From a virus (lineage: Duplodnaviria; Caudoviricetes), in the IMG/VR virus record IMGVR_UViG_3300048851_000193, positions 1 through 24,590 of that record: a DNA stretch of 24,590 nt, one strand, 5' to 3'. The notes beneath the pieces were generated by a model, which saw only the letters and a program-made list of their open reading frames with translations, had not been told where the DNA came from and ran no database searches. The position numbers were made by a program, and so were the translations under genes. This document shows positions 5,471 to 14,444 of the stretch, piece by piece (within the stretch, counting starts at the first letter, position 1; the number at the start of each line of letters is the position of its first letter).

Positions 5471-8243
5471 AAAGCTCGATGTATTCGCCGTCATCTTCGA
5501 TACCTGCAAACGGATCATCTCCCGCACTTTCCTGAGCCGGAACCGTGGCCGGAGCACTTGGCGTGATCTCCACCGTCTCACCATCGGTGGGCAAATCGGC
5601 GAAGGGATCGGCTGGCGTTTGCTCTTTGATCGTCACCGCGTTGGCCGGAGCTTGCCCAGCGATGGCACTCTGGAACCCGAAGATGTCTTGCTCCGCAGCC
5701 GGGTAGCGACGAGCTACTTCTGAGAGACGCCGCGAGAGCACCTCAAGTGAGCGAGATTCCGACGCACGTACCAGTGCGCGAGCAAAACCCGGCGTGGCGA
5801 GCAACCTACCAGTTGCATAGCTACCGACCAGTCCAGCCCAGACAGTCGGGTTCCAGAAGCCGCCCGCAAGTGCGACAGTCTCGGCAGTGACCGCACGAGT
5901 CTGGCGCAGATTTTCATTGAGGACGCCTGAGCGCGAAGAGTTGCCCAGCCGCGTCGTGCGACGGTTTGATCCCGCAAGGCGAGCGAGATCATCGAGATCA
6001 CGCACCGTCTGCGTCGTGAACATCGCGCTACGGGCCTGCGGCGACATCTTCGCCCAACGGGTGGCAAAGCTCTCAATCGAGAACTCACCCGGCTCCGTTG
6101 CACGCGATGGCAGAGCTTCGCCCAACTTCGTGATCAGACCGCCCCGGATCGCATTCGCCTGCGCGGGATCGATCAGGCCAAGGGCGGAGCTTAGGTGGCC
6201 ATAATCCTTGGCCGACATACCGGACACGCGCTGCGCCACTGCATCAGCCGATAGATCAGCATCCTTGCCGATTACGCGCTGGATCACTTCGATACCTTCG
6301 GCGCGACGAGCCCACTGACGATCTGCCTGACGATACAGGTTCGCAGCATCCGCGCGACCGGCGACACGCAGCCCACGGAAGATGTCTTTCGAAAGCGGTC
6401 CCCAGATGCGCTTAGAAGCTTCACGAAGCTGGCGCTGATTGCTCTCGATACGGTCGCCAAAACTGGTGCGCAGACGGCGCAGACCTTCGATGGTCCAAGC
6501 CGCTGATGTGGTGCCGCCATCGGGACCGCGCGAAAGCTGATCGCGCAGAGCGCGCAGTTGCTCCGCACCGGGAACGCCACCCGGAACCGCGTCCCATTCT
6601 GCAAGCACTTCATCGATACGCTGAATGGTCGCAGGCGTCGGGACACGAGCACCACCGGCAGCTTGTTCAGCGGCTCCATAGACCTGACGCGCAGCCACTT
6701 CAGTGTCTCCCGCGAAGGCTGCGAGGGAACCCGGATTGTTCGGATCGTTCGCGCGCTGCGCAGCGGTCGCCAGATCGACTGCCTGCCCACCGGCAGCATC
6801 ATCGGCAACGCGGCCCACGGTCGCACCCACCTGATTTTCGAACTGTTCCATTGCACGGTTCAGACCGCCAACACGGCCACCAGTGATCGTCGGGCTCAGC
6901 ATCGCTGTAGCCTCGGAGGCCAGCCCGCCATTCGAAGTGTGCGCGGCAAGCGGTCGAACGGGAGCCACGCCCGCCGCTTCATTGCCGACGCTCAGCCGTT
7001 CGGCTGCGTCGAGGATTTCCCGACCAGCGGAAGGCGTGGCGCGGTTGGGCGCGATACGGCGCGCGAGAGCGTTCGTTGGACCGCCAAGGATGACGCCACC
7101 AGCACCACCAAGAAGGGCACCCTCCCCGGCTGCGGTCGCACGATCAGCAAGACCGCCCTCGGCAGAGTTGAAGCCATATGCGCCGCCAAGAACTGCACCT
7201 TCGGCAGCAAGACGGCCAGCGGCACTGAGGCCACCACGAGCAAGCGCAGCCTGACCGCCACCGAATGGTAGTGTGAGAATGCCGCCACCGACCTGCCCAG
7301 CGAGATATGCTCCGCCATGGTAGTGCTCTGCATCTGCCAATTCGCGGCGATTGTCGTCACGGACGCGCGCGTATTCATCGCTCCACGAGTTGCCGTTGCC
7401 GAGCCCCACCACGTTGCCAATGCTATTGACGGTCGCACCAAGCGCACCGCCGATTTCATCACCGGCACCGAGAGTGACTGAATCGATTGCGCCCACAACG
7501 GCAGCGTTTCCCGCGCCCTTGTCTTCGCCATGATATTCGGTCGGCGTGTAGGGCTGCTGAATGCCAACGGACACTGCTCGATCAGCCTTGCGGGCTGCGA
7601 GTGCCTGTTCGATCCCGCCAAATTCGCTGAGCGTGCGGCCTTCCTGCGCGGCACGCGCTGCGAGTTTCTGGCGAACTTCCTCAGCCGTGCCGGGACCGTT
7701 CAGGATCGCCGCCACATCGTTGCGCAGCGCTTCTGCACGCTTCATCAGTTCTGGATCGACCGCATTAGGGTCGGGCTGCGGCGTGGGCACCGACTGCCCC
7801 TGATCGATCACCACGTTTCCGCCCTGCTGCAACGGTTGCTGCTGAACCGGCTGCTGAACCGGCTGTGGAGCGGGTGCAGGCGTGGGCTGCTGTTCATAGA
7901 CGGGCTGCGGCTGACTGACAGCCTGCGGCGCTACGGGAGCTTCACGAACCGGCTCAGGCGCGTTCTGGAGTTCAACCGGTGCAAGGCCAACATAGCTGCC
8001 ATCCTCAGGCAGGCCCGCGAACGGATCGCTTTCCACCTGAGCGTTCTGGAAATACGGTGCGGGCTGCTCCGCCAATTGCATCGGAGCCGGTGCGGGACCG
8101 GTCATGAGAGCGTTGCCTTGCACGGGAGAAACGCTCCCCGCTGCTCCAAGTGAGGCGGTTGGAAGCGTGATGTTCGGAAGCGCCGCGAAGGGATCGGCGG
8201 GAGACACGATACCCAAATGCGCCAAACGGTCGAAGTAATTCAT
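5469..8243 (-). CDS. large DNA ejection / internal virion protein (924 aa)
   Basis: Last and largest gene of the ejection block; Ala/Gly-rich helical core with Pro/Gln-rich disordered ends and DPFA repeats. Confidence 0.75.
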   Translation of the reverse strand: MNYFDRLAHLGIVSPADPFAALPNITLPTASLGAAGSVSPVQGNALMTGPAPAPMQLAEQPAPYFQNAQVESDPFAGLPEDGSYVGLAPVELQNAPEPVREAPVAPQAVSQPQPVYEQQPTPAPAPQPVQQPVQQQPLQQGGNVVIDQGQSVPTPQPDPNAVDPELMKRAEALRNDVAAILNGPGTAEEVRQKLAARAAQEGRTLSEFGGIEQALAARKADRAVSVGIQQPYTPTEYHGEDKGAGNAAVVGAIDSVTLGAGDEIGGALGATVNSIGNVVGLGNGNSWSDEYARVRDDNRRELADAEHYHGGAYLAGQVGGGILTLPFGGGQAALARGGLSAAGRLAAEGAVLGGAYGFNSAEGGLADRATAAGEGALLGGAGGVILGGPTNALARRIAPNRATPSAGREILDAAERLSVGNEAAGVAPVRPLAAHTSNGGLASEATAMLSPTITGGRVGGLNRAMEQFENQVGATVGRVADDAAGGQAVDLATAAQRANDPNNPGSLAAFAGDTEVAARQVYGAAEQAAGGARVPTPATIQRIDEVLAEWDAVPGGVPGAEQLRALRDQLSRGPDGGTTSAAWTIEGLRRLRTSFGDRIESNQRQLREASKRIWGPLSKDIFRGLRVAGRADAANLYRQADRQWARRAEGIEVIQRVIGKDADLSADAVAQRVSGMSAKDYGHLSSALGLIDPAQANAIRGGLITKLGEALPSRATEPGEFSIESFATRWAKMSPQARSAMFTTQTVRDLDDLARLAGSNRRTTRLGNSSRSGVLNENLRQTRAVTAETVALAGGFWNPTVWAGLVGSYATGRLLATPGFARALVRASESRSLEVLSRRLSEVARRYPAAEQDIFGFQSAIAGQAPANAVTIKEQTPADPFADLPTDGETVEITPSAPATVPAQESAGDDPFAGIEDDGEYIEL

Positions 8244-8248
8244 ACTCC

Positions 8249-8256
8249 TATTTATT
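8249..8256 (-). promoter_or_regulatory. putative late promoter AATAAATA
   Basis: AATAAATA-GGAGT-ATG (8243). Confidence 0.7.
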
Positions 8257-8356
8257 AAGCCGTCTGACTTCAGCGCTTTCCCCTTGCGCTAACATCCCTT
8301 CATGATAGCCTCTTGGAAAATCAAAGTAACCGAGTCGTTTTCTCAAAAGAAAGGAT

Positions 8357-8920
8357 ATGGTTATGTTGGTGTTCCCGCTGTTCGGACTAACTCTCTTACT
8401 CGCGCCGCTTTTGCAGGATGTTCGCGCGAGTGGCGACGAACTCGTAAGAGACAGTCACCTTGCATTTATGGCTGAGCATGCGGATGGCACTAAAGAACGC
8501 GTCGTCGTGAAATACGAAGCTTTTCTACAGCACCGCGTATGGCAAGAAGGATCGGTGGCCAAAGCCAGCGTGTCGAAAATCAAACTAACAGACGACAGAC
8601 GTTGTTTGGCCACGACGAACGCACGTGTTTACAGAAGAGCGTACATTGTTTCCCATTCAGGAGTTCAAGCTCCCATTGAGGGATATCAAGCCATCTACTC
8701 TGCAAACACTAATGAGTCTCGTGGTCCAGACAACTTCTTTCAATCCATCGCCTATCATCGAACCTGCGAAGATGAGAGAAATTTCGAAGATAAAATCGCT
8801 GCTCAGCGTCAGAACTTAATGCACGCTTTCCCAGATTTGGTAGCTAAAGACGACGACAAGGCTCGAACGGAGCTTGCCCGCGCACTTGGAGCAAAAAGGT
8901 TGATTCCTTTGCCCAGTTGA
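8357..8920 (+). CDS. moron: exported or periplasmic protein inserted opposite to the virion genes
   Basis: 187 aa; hydrophobic N-terminus; visibly more AT-rich; own AAAGGA SD (start may be 8363) and a possible promoter TTGCGC...TAGCCT at 8284-8311. Confidence 0.75.
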   Translation: MVMLVFPLFGLTLLLAPLLQDVRASGDELVRDSHLAFMAEHADGTKERVVVKYEAFLQHRVWQEGSVAKASVSKIKLTDDRRCLATTNARVYRRAYIVSHSGVQAPIEGYQAIYSANTNESRGPDNFFQSIAYHRTCEDERNFEDKIAAQRQNLMHAFPDLVAKDDDKARTELARALGAKRLIPLPS

Positions 8921-8989
8921 CAGGCGGGTGCGGAGCGGGCGTTCGCGCTACAATGGAATAGCTTCATCGACCTACTTAGTTTTGCAATA

Positions 8990-10672
8990 TCAGCGACCAA
9001 GCACCCGTTCAGATGCCCCTGCCCCGTACTTCTGATCGAACTGCTCAGGCGTGACTCGACCACTACGGAGCGCATCGACGTGCGACTTCGGAACGCGCGT
9101 TGCGCCTCCCGAGCGACCGACTGCATTATACCCATTCTGTGTCGAATACGTCTCGCGATACTCGTTCTGATAGATTTCGATCTGCTGTTTCAAGTTGACC
9201 AGCTTCTGACGGGCCACCTCGGGAGTGTCGGTCATCTGCGGCACGAACGGACGCAGGCGCGGTTCTTCGCTGACGGTCACGGCAGCACCGGACAGATCAT
9301 GGACGATGATCGCGCCGATATTGCCGATTGCAGCGCGTGCAGTGACACCATCGGGATCGCGTTTGTTCGTGACCCACGAGCCAAGGGCACCAGTGCCGGG
9401 ACCGACCGCGTTTGGATGTGCGTCGAGATGGCCGATGGCACGGTCGATCAACTTAATCTGTGCGTTGTTTTGAACGAACGCATTGGTCGCATTCACTGGC
9501 GGCTTGTTGAGCTTGCCCGCCTGACGCTGCCCGACCGTATCAACGCCTTGCTGGATCACTCGCGTTCCGCGCGTGGTGGAGCGCTGGCCGATGACGCGGC
9601 TGACATAGCCCTGCGTTTCGGAAGGGACATATTGCGTCCAATCGCCACCAGTCTTGCCAGCGCGAGCTACCGCGCGATCCACTCGACCGGGACCAGCATT
9701 GTACGCGGCGGCAGCTTTCGCCGGGTCGCCACCGTAGCGCTGGAGCATCTTGTTGTAATACCCACGGCCAATCGCCTCGTTGTACTGCGGATCGTTGCGA
9801 TAACGCTGCTCATCCCACGGCAGACCAGCCGCCGCAGCGGCTTCCGGGCCTGTTCCCGGCATGACCTGTGCGCGACCGACTGCGCCTTTCGGAGAGGTTA
9901 GCGGCTGACCATTCGCGGCGAACTGGCGACCGCCAGACTCCACGCCAATCATGTTGCGCCAGACCTGATCTGGATTGCCGCCAACGTTGCCGCCTACATA
10001 GCCCGAAGAGGACGTTCCCGGCACTTCGATCACGTTGTTGCCCATCGGAGCGTTGATGTAATCGGGCGCACGGTAAAGCTCTTCACCGCCGCGCGTGACA
10101 AGGCTTCCGCCCACCACAACCGGCTGCTCAACTTCGATCCGCTTGGTCTGTGACTCGAAGCGCTTGGTGTTCGCATCATAAGCGTTCGTCGTGTCGCTCG
10201 CACGATCATGGGCCGAATATCCCAGCCCTGCCACGGCAGCGACATTCTCATCCGTTGGATCGAACGCGTCGATGTCCTCAGGTCGATAGCCCATCGCCAT
10301 CAGTGCGGGCTTGGAACTCATCAGTGCAGTCTTGCGCTGCTCATAGGGGAGCGCCGCGAGGCCACGCGTGATCTCTCCAAGCGCGCCAGCGCCAGCGCTG
10401 CGCTGATCATATTGCTGCTTCTGGATCGTCGTGAAGTTGGTCGCGGCCTTGTCGTCACCATAGAGCGCGGCCTGTGCCGCAGCGCCGTTCACATCGCCGT
10501 TCTTGAGAAGCTCGGCCACTTTGCTGCGATACTGCTGCTGCTCGTGTAGCTTCCGCTCGCCTTCAGCCAGTGCAATCGCCTTGGCTCGGCCAGCATCATA
10601 CTGCCCCATTGCAGACGTAGCGATGTCGCTCGGTTCGGTGCCACCACGCAGGAGGCTCATCCAATCAGCCAT
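8990..10672 (-). CDS. DNA ejection protein with a lytic transglycosylase (SLT) domain
   Basis: SLT motifs VESGG, SPKGAVGRAQVMP, AAYNAGPG, ETQGYV inside a 560 aa virion gene. Confidence 0.88.
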   Translation of the reverse strand: MADWMSLLRGGTEPSDIATSAMGQYDAGRAKAIALAEGERKLHEQQQYRSKVAELLKNGDVNGAAAQAALYGDDKAATNFTTIQKQQYDQRSAGAGALGEITRGLAALPYEQRKTALMSSKPALMAMGYRPEDIDAFDPTDENVAAVAGLGYSAHDRASDTTNAYDANTKRFESQTKRIEVEQPVVVGGSLVTRGGEELYRAPDYINAPMGNNVIEVPGTSSSGYVGGNVGGNPDQVWRNMIGVESGGRQFAANGQPLTSPKGAVGRAQVMPGTGPEAAAAAGLPWDEQRYRNDPQYNEAIGRGYYNKMLQRYGGDPAKAAAAYNAGPGRVDRAVARAGKTGGDWTQYVPSETQGYVSRVIGQRSTTRGTRVIQQGVDTVGQRQAGKLNKPPVNATNAFVQNNAQIKLIDRAIGHLDAHPNAVGPGTGALGSWVTNKRDPDGVTARAAIGNIGAIIVHDLSGAAVTVSEEPRLRPFVPQMTDTPEVARQKLVNLKQQIEIYQNEYRETYSTQNGYNAVGRSGGATRVPKSHVDALRSGRVTPEQFDQKYGAGASERVLGR

Positions 10673-11298
10673 TAGCGTGCCCCCTTGTAGCTGGAGCCGA
10701 ACTGATTGGCGGCGATGTCCGTCACGCCCTTGATCATGTTGGCAATATTGTTGCCCTGATAGATCGCGACACCCGCCTGAGAGTCCGCACCGTTCTGCGT
10801 GACCGCGTTCTGCTGAGCAGTGGTCTGATTACCCTGCGTGACGATGCCATTCATGGCATTGACGCCCCGGTCGGCGACGTTGCCAAGCTGCCCAACGTAT
10901 GTGTTGTAATTCTGCGTAGCGAGGCTGTTGGCGCGATCCTGTAGCGCCTTGAGCGCTGCGCCAGAGTTGCCCAGCCCGCTCGCATATGCGTTCGCGGACG
11001 TGCTTTTCAGCGCCTGATCGACGGCGAATTTGTAGCCGGGTGTTTCGGCAAGGATCGCCTGCGCGTCTGCACCATCGCCGCCCGACAATCCGAGCAGCGT
11101 CTGAATGCGTGACTGAGCGGCTTCACCACGATCATAAGTCGGCGTCATGCGCGCGACGTTCTGATTATACATCTGCTGAAGTGCAGCGGTCTGCTGAGCC
11201 TGAGCCTGAGCTTGGATTTTGGCAGCTTTCTTCGCGCCCTTGCCAGATGCGATGCCACCGGCAACGCTACCTACTGCGCCTACGATTGCACCGGGCAT
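10672..11298 (-). CDS. small DNA ejection/pilot protein (P22 gp7-like)
   Basis: Gly/Ala-rich N-terminus, Gln-rich helix, TPGYKF...G.GNSGAALKAL motif; syntenic position. Confidence 0.8.
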   Translation of the reverse strand: MPGAIVGAVGSVAGGIASGKGAKKAAKIQAQAQAQQTAALQQMYNQNVARMTPTYDRGEAAQSRIQTLLGLSGGDGADAQAILAETPGYKFAVDQALKSTSANAYASGLGNSGAALKALQDRANSLATQNYNTYVGQLGNVADRGVNAMNGIVTQGNQTTAQQNAVTQNGADSQAGVAIYQGNNIANMIKGVTDIAANQFGSSYKGAR

Positions 11299-11321
11299 TA
11301 GATTTCACCATGAATATTCAT
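11298..11321 (-). CDS. 7-codon leader minigene MNIHGEI*
   Basis: ATG 5 nt after GATAAATA; its TAA overlaps the next ATG (TAATG). Confidence 0.55.
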   Translation of the reverse strand: MNIHGEI

Positions 11322-11323
11322 GG
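11308..11323. repeat. perfect 16-bp palindrome CCATGAATATTCATGG
   Basis: Read directly from the sequence; overlaps the predicted transcription start. Confidence 0.85.
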
Positions 11324-11326
11324 ATG

Positions 11327-11334
11327 TATTTATC
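11327..11334 (-). promoter_or_regulatory. putative late promoter GATAAATA
   Basis: GATAAATA-CATCC-ATG (11321). Confidence 0.75.
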
Positions 11335-11839
11335 TAAGAGGTTGCGACCAATGATCTCGTAGCCATCGAGCACGGCTGTTGCGGAAATAGGCGACGTGGC
11401 CCGCGATTGGGTGATGTCCCTCACCACAAGAGACGGCACCCACTTTCGCGTTGAACGCTTGTGCAATCGGGTTGGCGAACGGTGTACGCCCCCAGATCAT
11501 GTCGAAGCCGTGATCGACAAATAGCTCGTGGATGAGCTTCTTCGCATCATTGATCAGGTTGCCGCGTGCGTGGGGCAGCGACATCGTGTGGATTTCCACC
11601 ACGCCGGGGGCCGACCATTCCCCGATGATCCCAAGCGTGGGAAAAGCGGCCGGAAGCGTTCCGTTCGCGACTTCCTCGACCGTGAACTCACGCGACCCGT
11701 TGTGCAGGAGAAAGTAGTTCTCCGGGTCTTCGCAGAGGTTGTCGAAGGTGAGGAACCCCTCGCCATGCCAATGCAGCCCCTTGATAGTGTCGGGGTGATT
11801 GGCAATCACGTTGTGAACCGTTGGATCGAAGGTACGCAT
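11330..11839 (-). CDS. GNAT-fold virion assembly protein (P22 gp14-like position)
   Basis: VEIHT...IWGRTPFANPIAQAFNAKVGA resembles the GNAT C-terminal motif; lies between the needle and the first ejection gene. Confidence 0.65.
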   Translation of the reverse strand: MRTFDPTVHNVIANHPDTIKGLHWHGEGFLTFDNLCEDPENYFLLHNGSREFTVEEVANGTLPAAFPTLGIIGEWSAPGVVEIHTMSLPHARGNLINDAKKLIHELFVDHGFDMIWGRTPFANPIAQAFNAKVGAVSCGEGHHPIAGHVAYFRNSRARWLRDHWSQPLR

Positions 11840-12453
11840 CAGGAATCATCGACCTGATCGGGTGACGGGTACTTCCAATAAGGCACGCCGGGTGGACGCG
11901 TGGTGACACCGTCCACGGTTCCAGTGGAGCCGATGGCGGGTGTCTGGATCGACCCGACGCAATGCTTGCCAGAGCCTTGCGCCGCATCGGTCGGATCAAT
12001 CGTCGCGAAGTAGGTGACGGTGCCACCGTTCCGCGCAGGATCGACATAGTAGATGTAATAGATCGTTGAGGGCATCAGGCCGGGGATGTTCGCCCCGTTG
12101 ACGCCAATCGTCGTTCCTGCGCCATAGACGCGAGTGTGGGAGGCAACCGTGATCGTGGCCGTAGTGCCCACCAGAGAGGCGCTGAGCACGCTATCCGGGG
12201 ACACGTAGCTGTTGATCAACGCAGCATCGATCACAACCGCGTTCGCGGCAGCGGCAGCATCGTTGGCCTGATCGATGGCAATACCGGCACGCTCAAGCGC
12301 TTCCTGAATCTGCTCGATTAGCTGCTCGTTGGTGTTGGACTGATTGACCACAGCCTTGAAGCCAGCGTTCAGCGCAGTGAGGAAGTCGCCCGTTGGCGTT
12401 CCCTTTTCGGTCACGATCCGCTGCGCGATGTTGAAGATCGGGAGCTTGATCAT
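11839..12453 (-). CDS. tail needle/plug-like protein
   Basis: N-terminal IVTEKGTPT motif, coiled-coil, then a beta-rich tip; ATGA overlap with the hub gene stop; P22 gp26 position. Confidence 0.6.
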   Translation of the reverse strand: MIKLPIFNIAQRIVTEKGTPTGDFLTALNAGFKAVVNQSNTNEQLIEQIQEALERAGIAIDQANDAAAAANAVVIDAALINSYVSPDSVLSASLVGTTATITVASHTRVYGAGTTIGVNGANIPGLMPSTIYYIYYVDPARNGGTVTYFATIDPTDAAQGSGKHCVGSIQTPAIGSTGTVDGVTTRPPGVPYWKYPSPDQVDDS

Positions 12454-13832
12454 ACGCGCCATCCCTCATTGGCGACCGCTCCGCTGATGCGAATGATGGC
12501 ATCGGAGACGGTGGAGATTTCAAAGGTTCTGAATGGCGCGCGGGTCATACCGAGCCGCCAGATGTTAAGGATGTCGGAGCCGTCGCGTGCCGTGACCGTC
12601 ACCGGCTGCGACCAGTCGCGGCGCGGGTCTTGCCAGCGGACGCGGAAGTCCGCGTCAGTATCGCAGCCCACGCCCAGCGCGAGTGACGAGTTCGCCAGCG
12701 GCTTCGCAGGGATCGGCACCGTGCCGGTCACGAGGCGGAGGAAAGGCTGTCCATCATCGAGCGAACTGTCTGGATCGAGCGCGTAGAGCTTGCCCGAGGC
12801 ATCCCCCGCGATTGCTCCAGTGGCAGTATCGCGGCCCACGATTGGAGCCCATGTGGTCTGGCCAACGCTGGCGAACTCGCACCAAAGCTTGGTCGCCGCG
12901 TCATAGGCAAAGGTGCCCACGCCGGGGATTCGCAGCACATAGAATTTGTGGCCGAAGCTCGTGAAGACCCACGCGGACGGTCGATCATCGCGGCGCTTGA
13001 TCTTCTCTTCGATCCCGAAATCCGAAATGCGCTCGGGCACATCCGACATACGGTAGACGATGCCGTCTTCACCAACCCACACGAGAGAGTTGTCGAACAC
13101 CGCCACTGAGTCACGGCTCATGCAGCCACGATCCACGAGACGCCCAGCCGCCCGCGAAAAGGCAGCATCGGCATCGCCGCTCGCCTGCCAAACCTCGATA
13201 GAATTGGCCCCGAAGAAATAGAGATCATCGCGCAGACGGCGAACCGCGAGCGCACCATCGGGCAGCGCTTCGGCGGTTGCGAAAGCGAGCGGGTTTACGC
13301 TCGTCTCGCCGGGGACCAACCAGTAGAATTTACCCGTCGATGTCGCGAGCACGAAGTAGCCGTTGAGCACGTCCACATCGATGATCGTCTCAAGATCGCT
13401 CAGCTTGACGGAAGGGTTTGAAGCGTCCTCAAGATCGCGCTGCTGAACGCGCGTGACGGTCTCGCCATCGTAGATGTAAAACTCGCCCGCACTCACTACG
13501 CCGATGCGCTCAAACGTTGCTTCGATGCGCGCCGGAAGACCATCGTTCTCAATGGTGCCGATGTCGATCTGCGACGTGCCTTGCAGCATGCACCACTTGG
13601 CACCGGCCACGATCACGGGGATCGCGGCAATGGAATTGTCGCTCTGATAGGCGGCGCGGATCGCCCCCAGATTGCTCGCAATCGTGGTGAGGCCGGGGCG
13701 CTGGAGACGCATCCACTCGTCTGGAGAAGCGCCGCTTTCGTCCTTCTCCATGAACAGGTTCACGAGCCGAGTTTCGGGCTGCGAAGATGCGGAACGGCTA
13801 TACGCCTGCACGCCAAGAGGAACGGCGGGCAT
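12450..13832 (-). CDS. tail hub / DNA stabilisation protein (P22 gp10-like beta-propeller)
   Basis: 460 aa beta-rich; RPGL, FATAEALPD, FGANSIEVW, TFAYDAATKLW motifs; TAATG overlap with the adaptor gene. Confidence 0.85.
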   Translation of the reverse strand: MPAVPLGVQAYSRSASSQPETRLVNLFMEKDESGASPDEWMRLQRPGLTTIASNLGAIRAAYQSDNSIAAIPVIVAGAKWCMLQGTSQIDIGTIENDGLPARIEATFERIGVVSAGEFYIYDGETVTRVQQRDLEDASNPSVKLSDLETIIDVDVLNGYFVLATSTGKFYWLVPGETSVNPLAFATAEALPDGALAVRRLRDDLYFFGANSIEVWQASGDADAAFSRAAGRLVDRGCMSRDSVAVFDNSLVWVGEDGIVYRMSDVPERISDFGIEEKIKRRDDRPSAWVFTSFGHKFYVLRIPGVGTFAYDAATKLWCEFASVGQTTWAPIVGRDTATGAIAGDASGKLYALDPDSSLDDGQPFLRLVTGTVPIPAKPLANSSLALGVGCDTDADFRVRWQDPRRDWSQPVTVTARDGSDILNIWRLGMTRAPFRTFEISTVSDAIIRISGAVANEGWRV

Positions 13833-14371
13833 TAGAAATATACCCCCGGCTGCGTCTCCGGCTTTACCGACCAATTATGCGTGAGAGCCATGTGCCAGCG
13901 GGCGGCATTGCGCACCGTGATTTCGGACAGCTCCTGTCCGTATTCGTCAGCCAGTTCGATGGCGAGCGCGCAGACCAGACCGATTGGATCACGATGCGAG
14001 ATCGGCGCTTCGCTGGTGAGCGTCAGTTCGCCAAGCTTGCGCCACGTCTGCGTGCGCGTATCGAAGATGAGTTCCTCGACATCGTTGGTGGACGGATCGA
14101 CCACGCAGATGACGGAGCAATCGGGTGCGATGTCTGGGAAAGAGACTTCGCCACCATAGATGACGATCCGCTCACCCGGCTTTGCTTCAACTTCGGCAGC
14201 GTCCACGTGACGCTCTTCGATGACGCCGAATGCACCATCATTGATGAGGCGGCTGTAGAGCGCCTTTAGAGTGTCGAGTGCATCGCTCTGCTCAACGGAG
14301 CGAGGAAGTTCACCGGCAGCAATAACGCCGATGCGGCGCATTGCGCGGCAGATAATGTCGAGGCAGTTCAT
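13832..14371 (-). CDS. head-to-tail adaptor (P22 gp4-like)
   Basis: DIICRAMRRIGVIAAGE...DALDTL and LAIELADEYG motifs; the ATG at 14371 is 5 nt after GATAAATA. Confidence 0.8.
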   Translation of the reverse strand: MNCLDIICRAMRRIGVIAAGELPRSVEQSDALDTLKALYSRLINDGAFGVIEERHVDAAEVEAKPGERIVIYGGEVSFPDIAPDCSVICVVDPSTNDVEELIFDTRTQTWRKLGELTLTSEAPISHRDPIGLVCALAIELADEYGQELSEITVRNAARWHMALTHNWSVKPETQPGVYF

Positions 14372-14376
14372 GAAAG

Positions 14377-14384
14377 TATTTATC
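14377..14384 (-). promoter_or_regulatory. putative late promoter GATAAATA
   Basis: GATAAATA-CTTTC-ATG (14371), directly downstream of the capsid terminator. Confidence 0.78.
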
Positions 14385-14386
14385 TG

Positions 14387-14421
14387 AATACAAGAAGGGC
14401 GGTACGTTGCCGCACCGCCCT
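14387..14421 (-). terminator. intrinsic terminator after the major capsid gene
   Basis: AGGGCGGTGCG-GCAA-CGTACCGCCCT stem with a GNRA loop and one G-U pair, followed by TCTTGTATT. Confidence 0.75.
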
Positions 14422-14444
14422 CTTTGTCTTGCCTTGGTCTACGC

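Noticed and set aside
7780-7990. Repetitive ggctgc/ggctg tracts
   Set aside because: They reflect Pro/Gln-rich low-complexity coding in the ejection protein, not an independent DNA repeat.
8917-8954. TTGACA and TACAAT as an antisense sigma70 promoter
   Set aside because: The spacer is 26 bp, far from 16-18.
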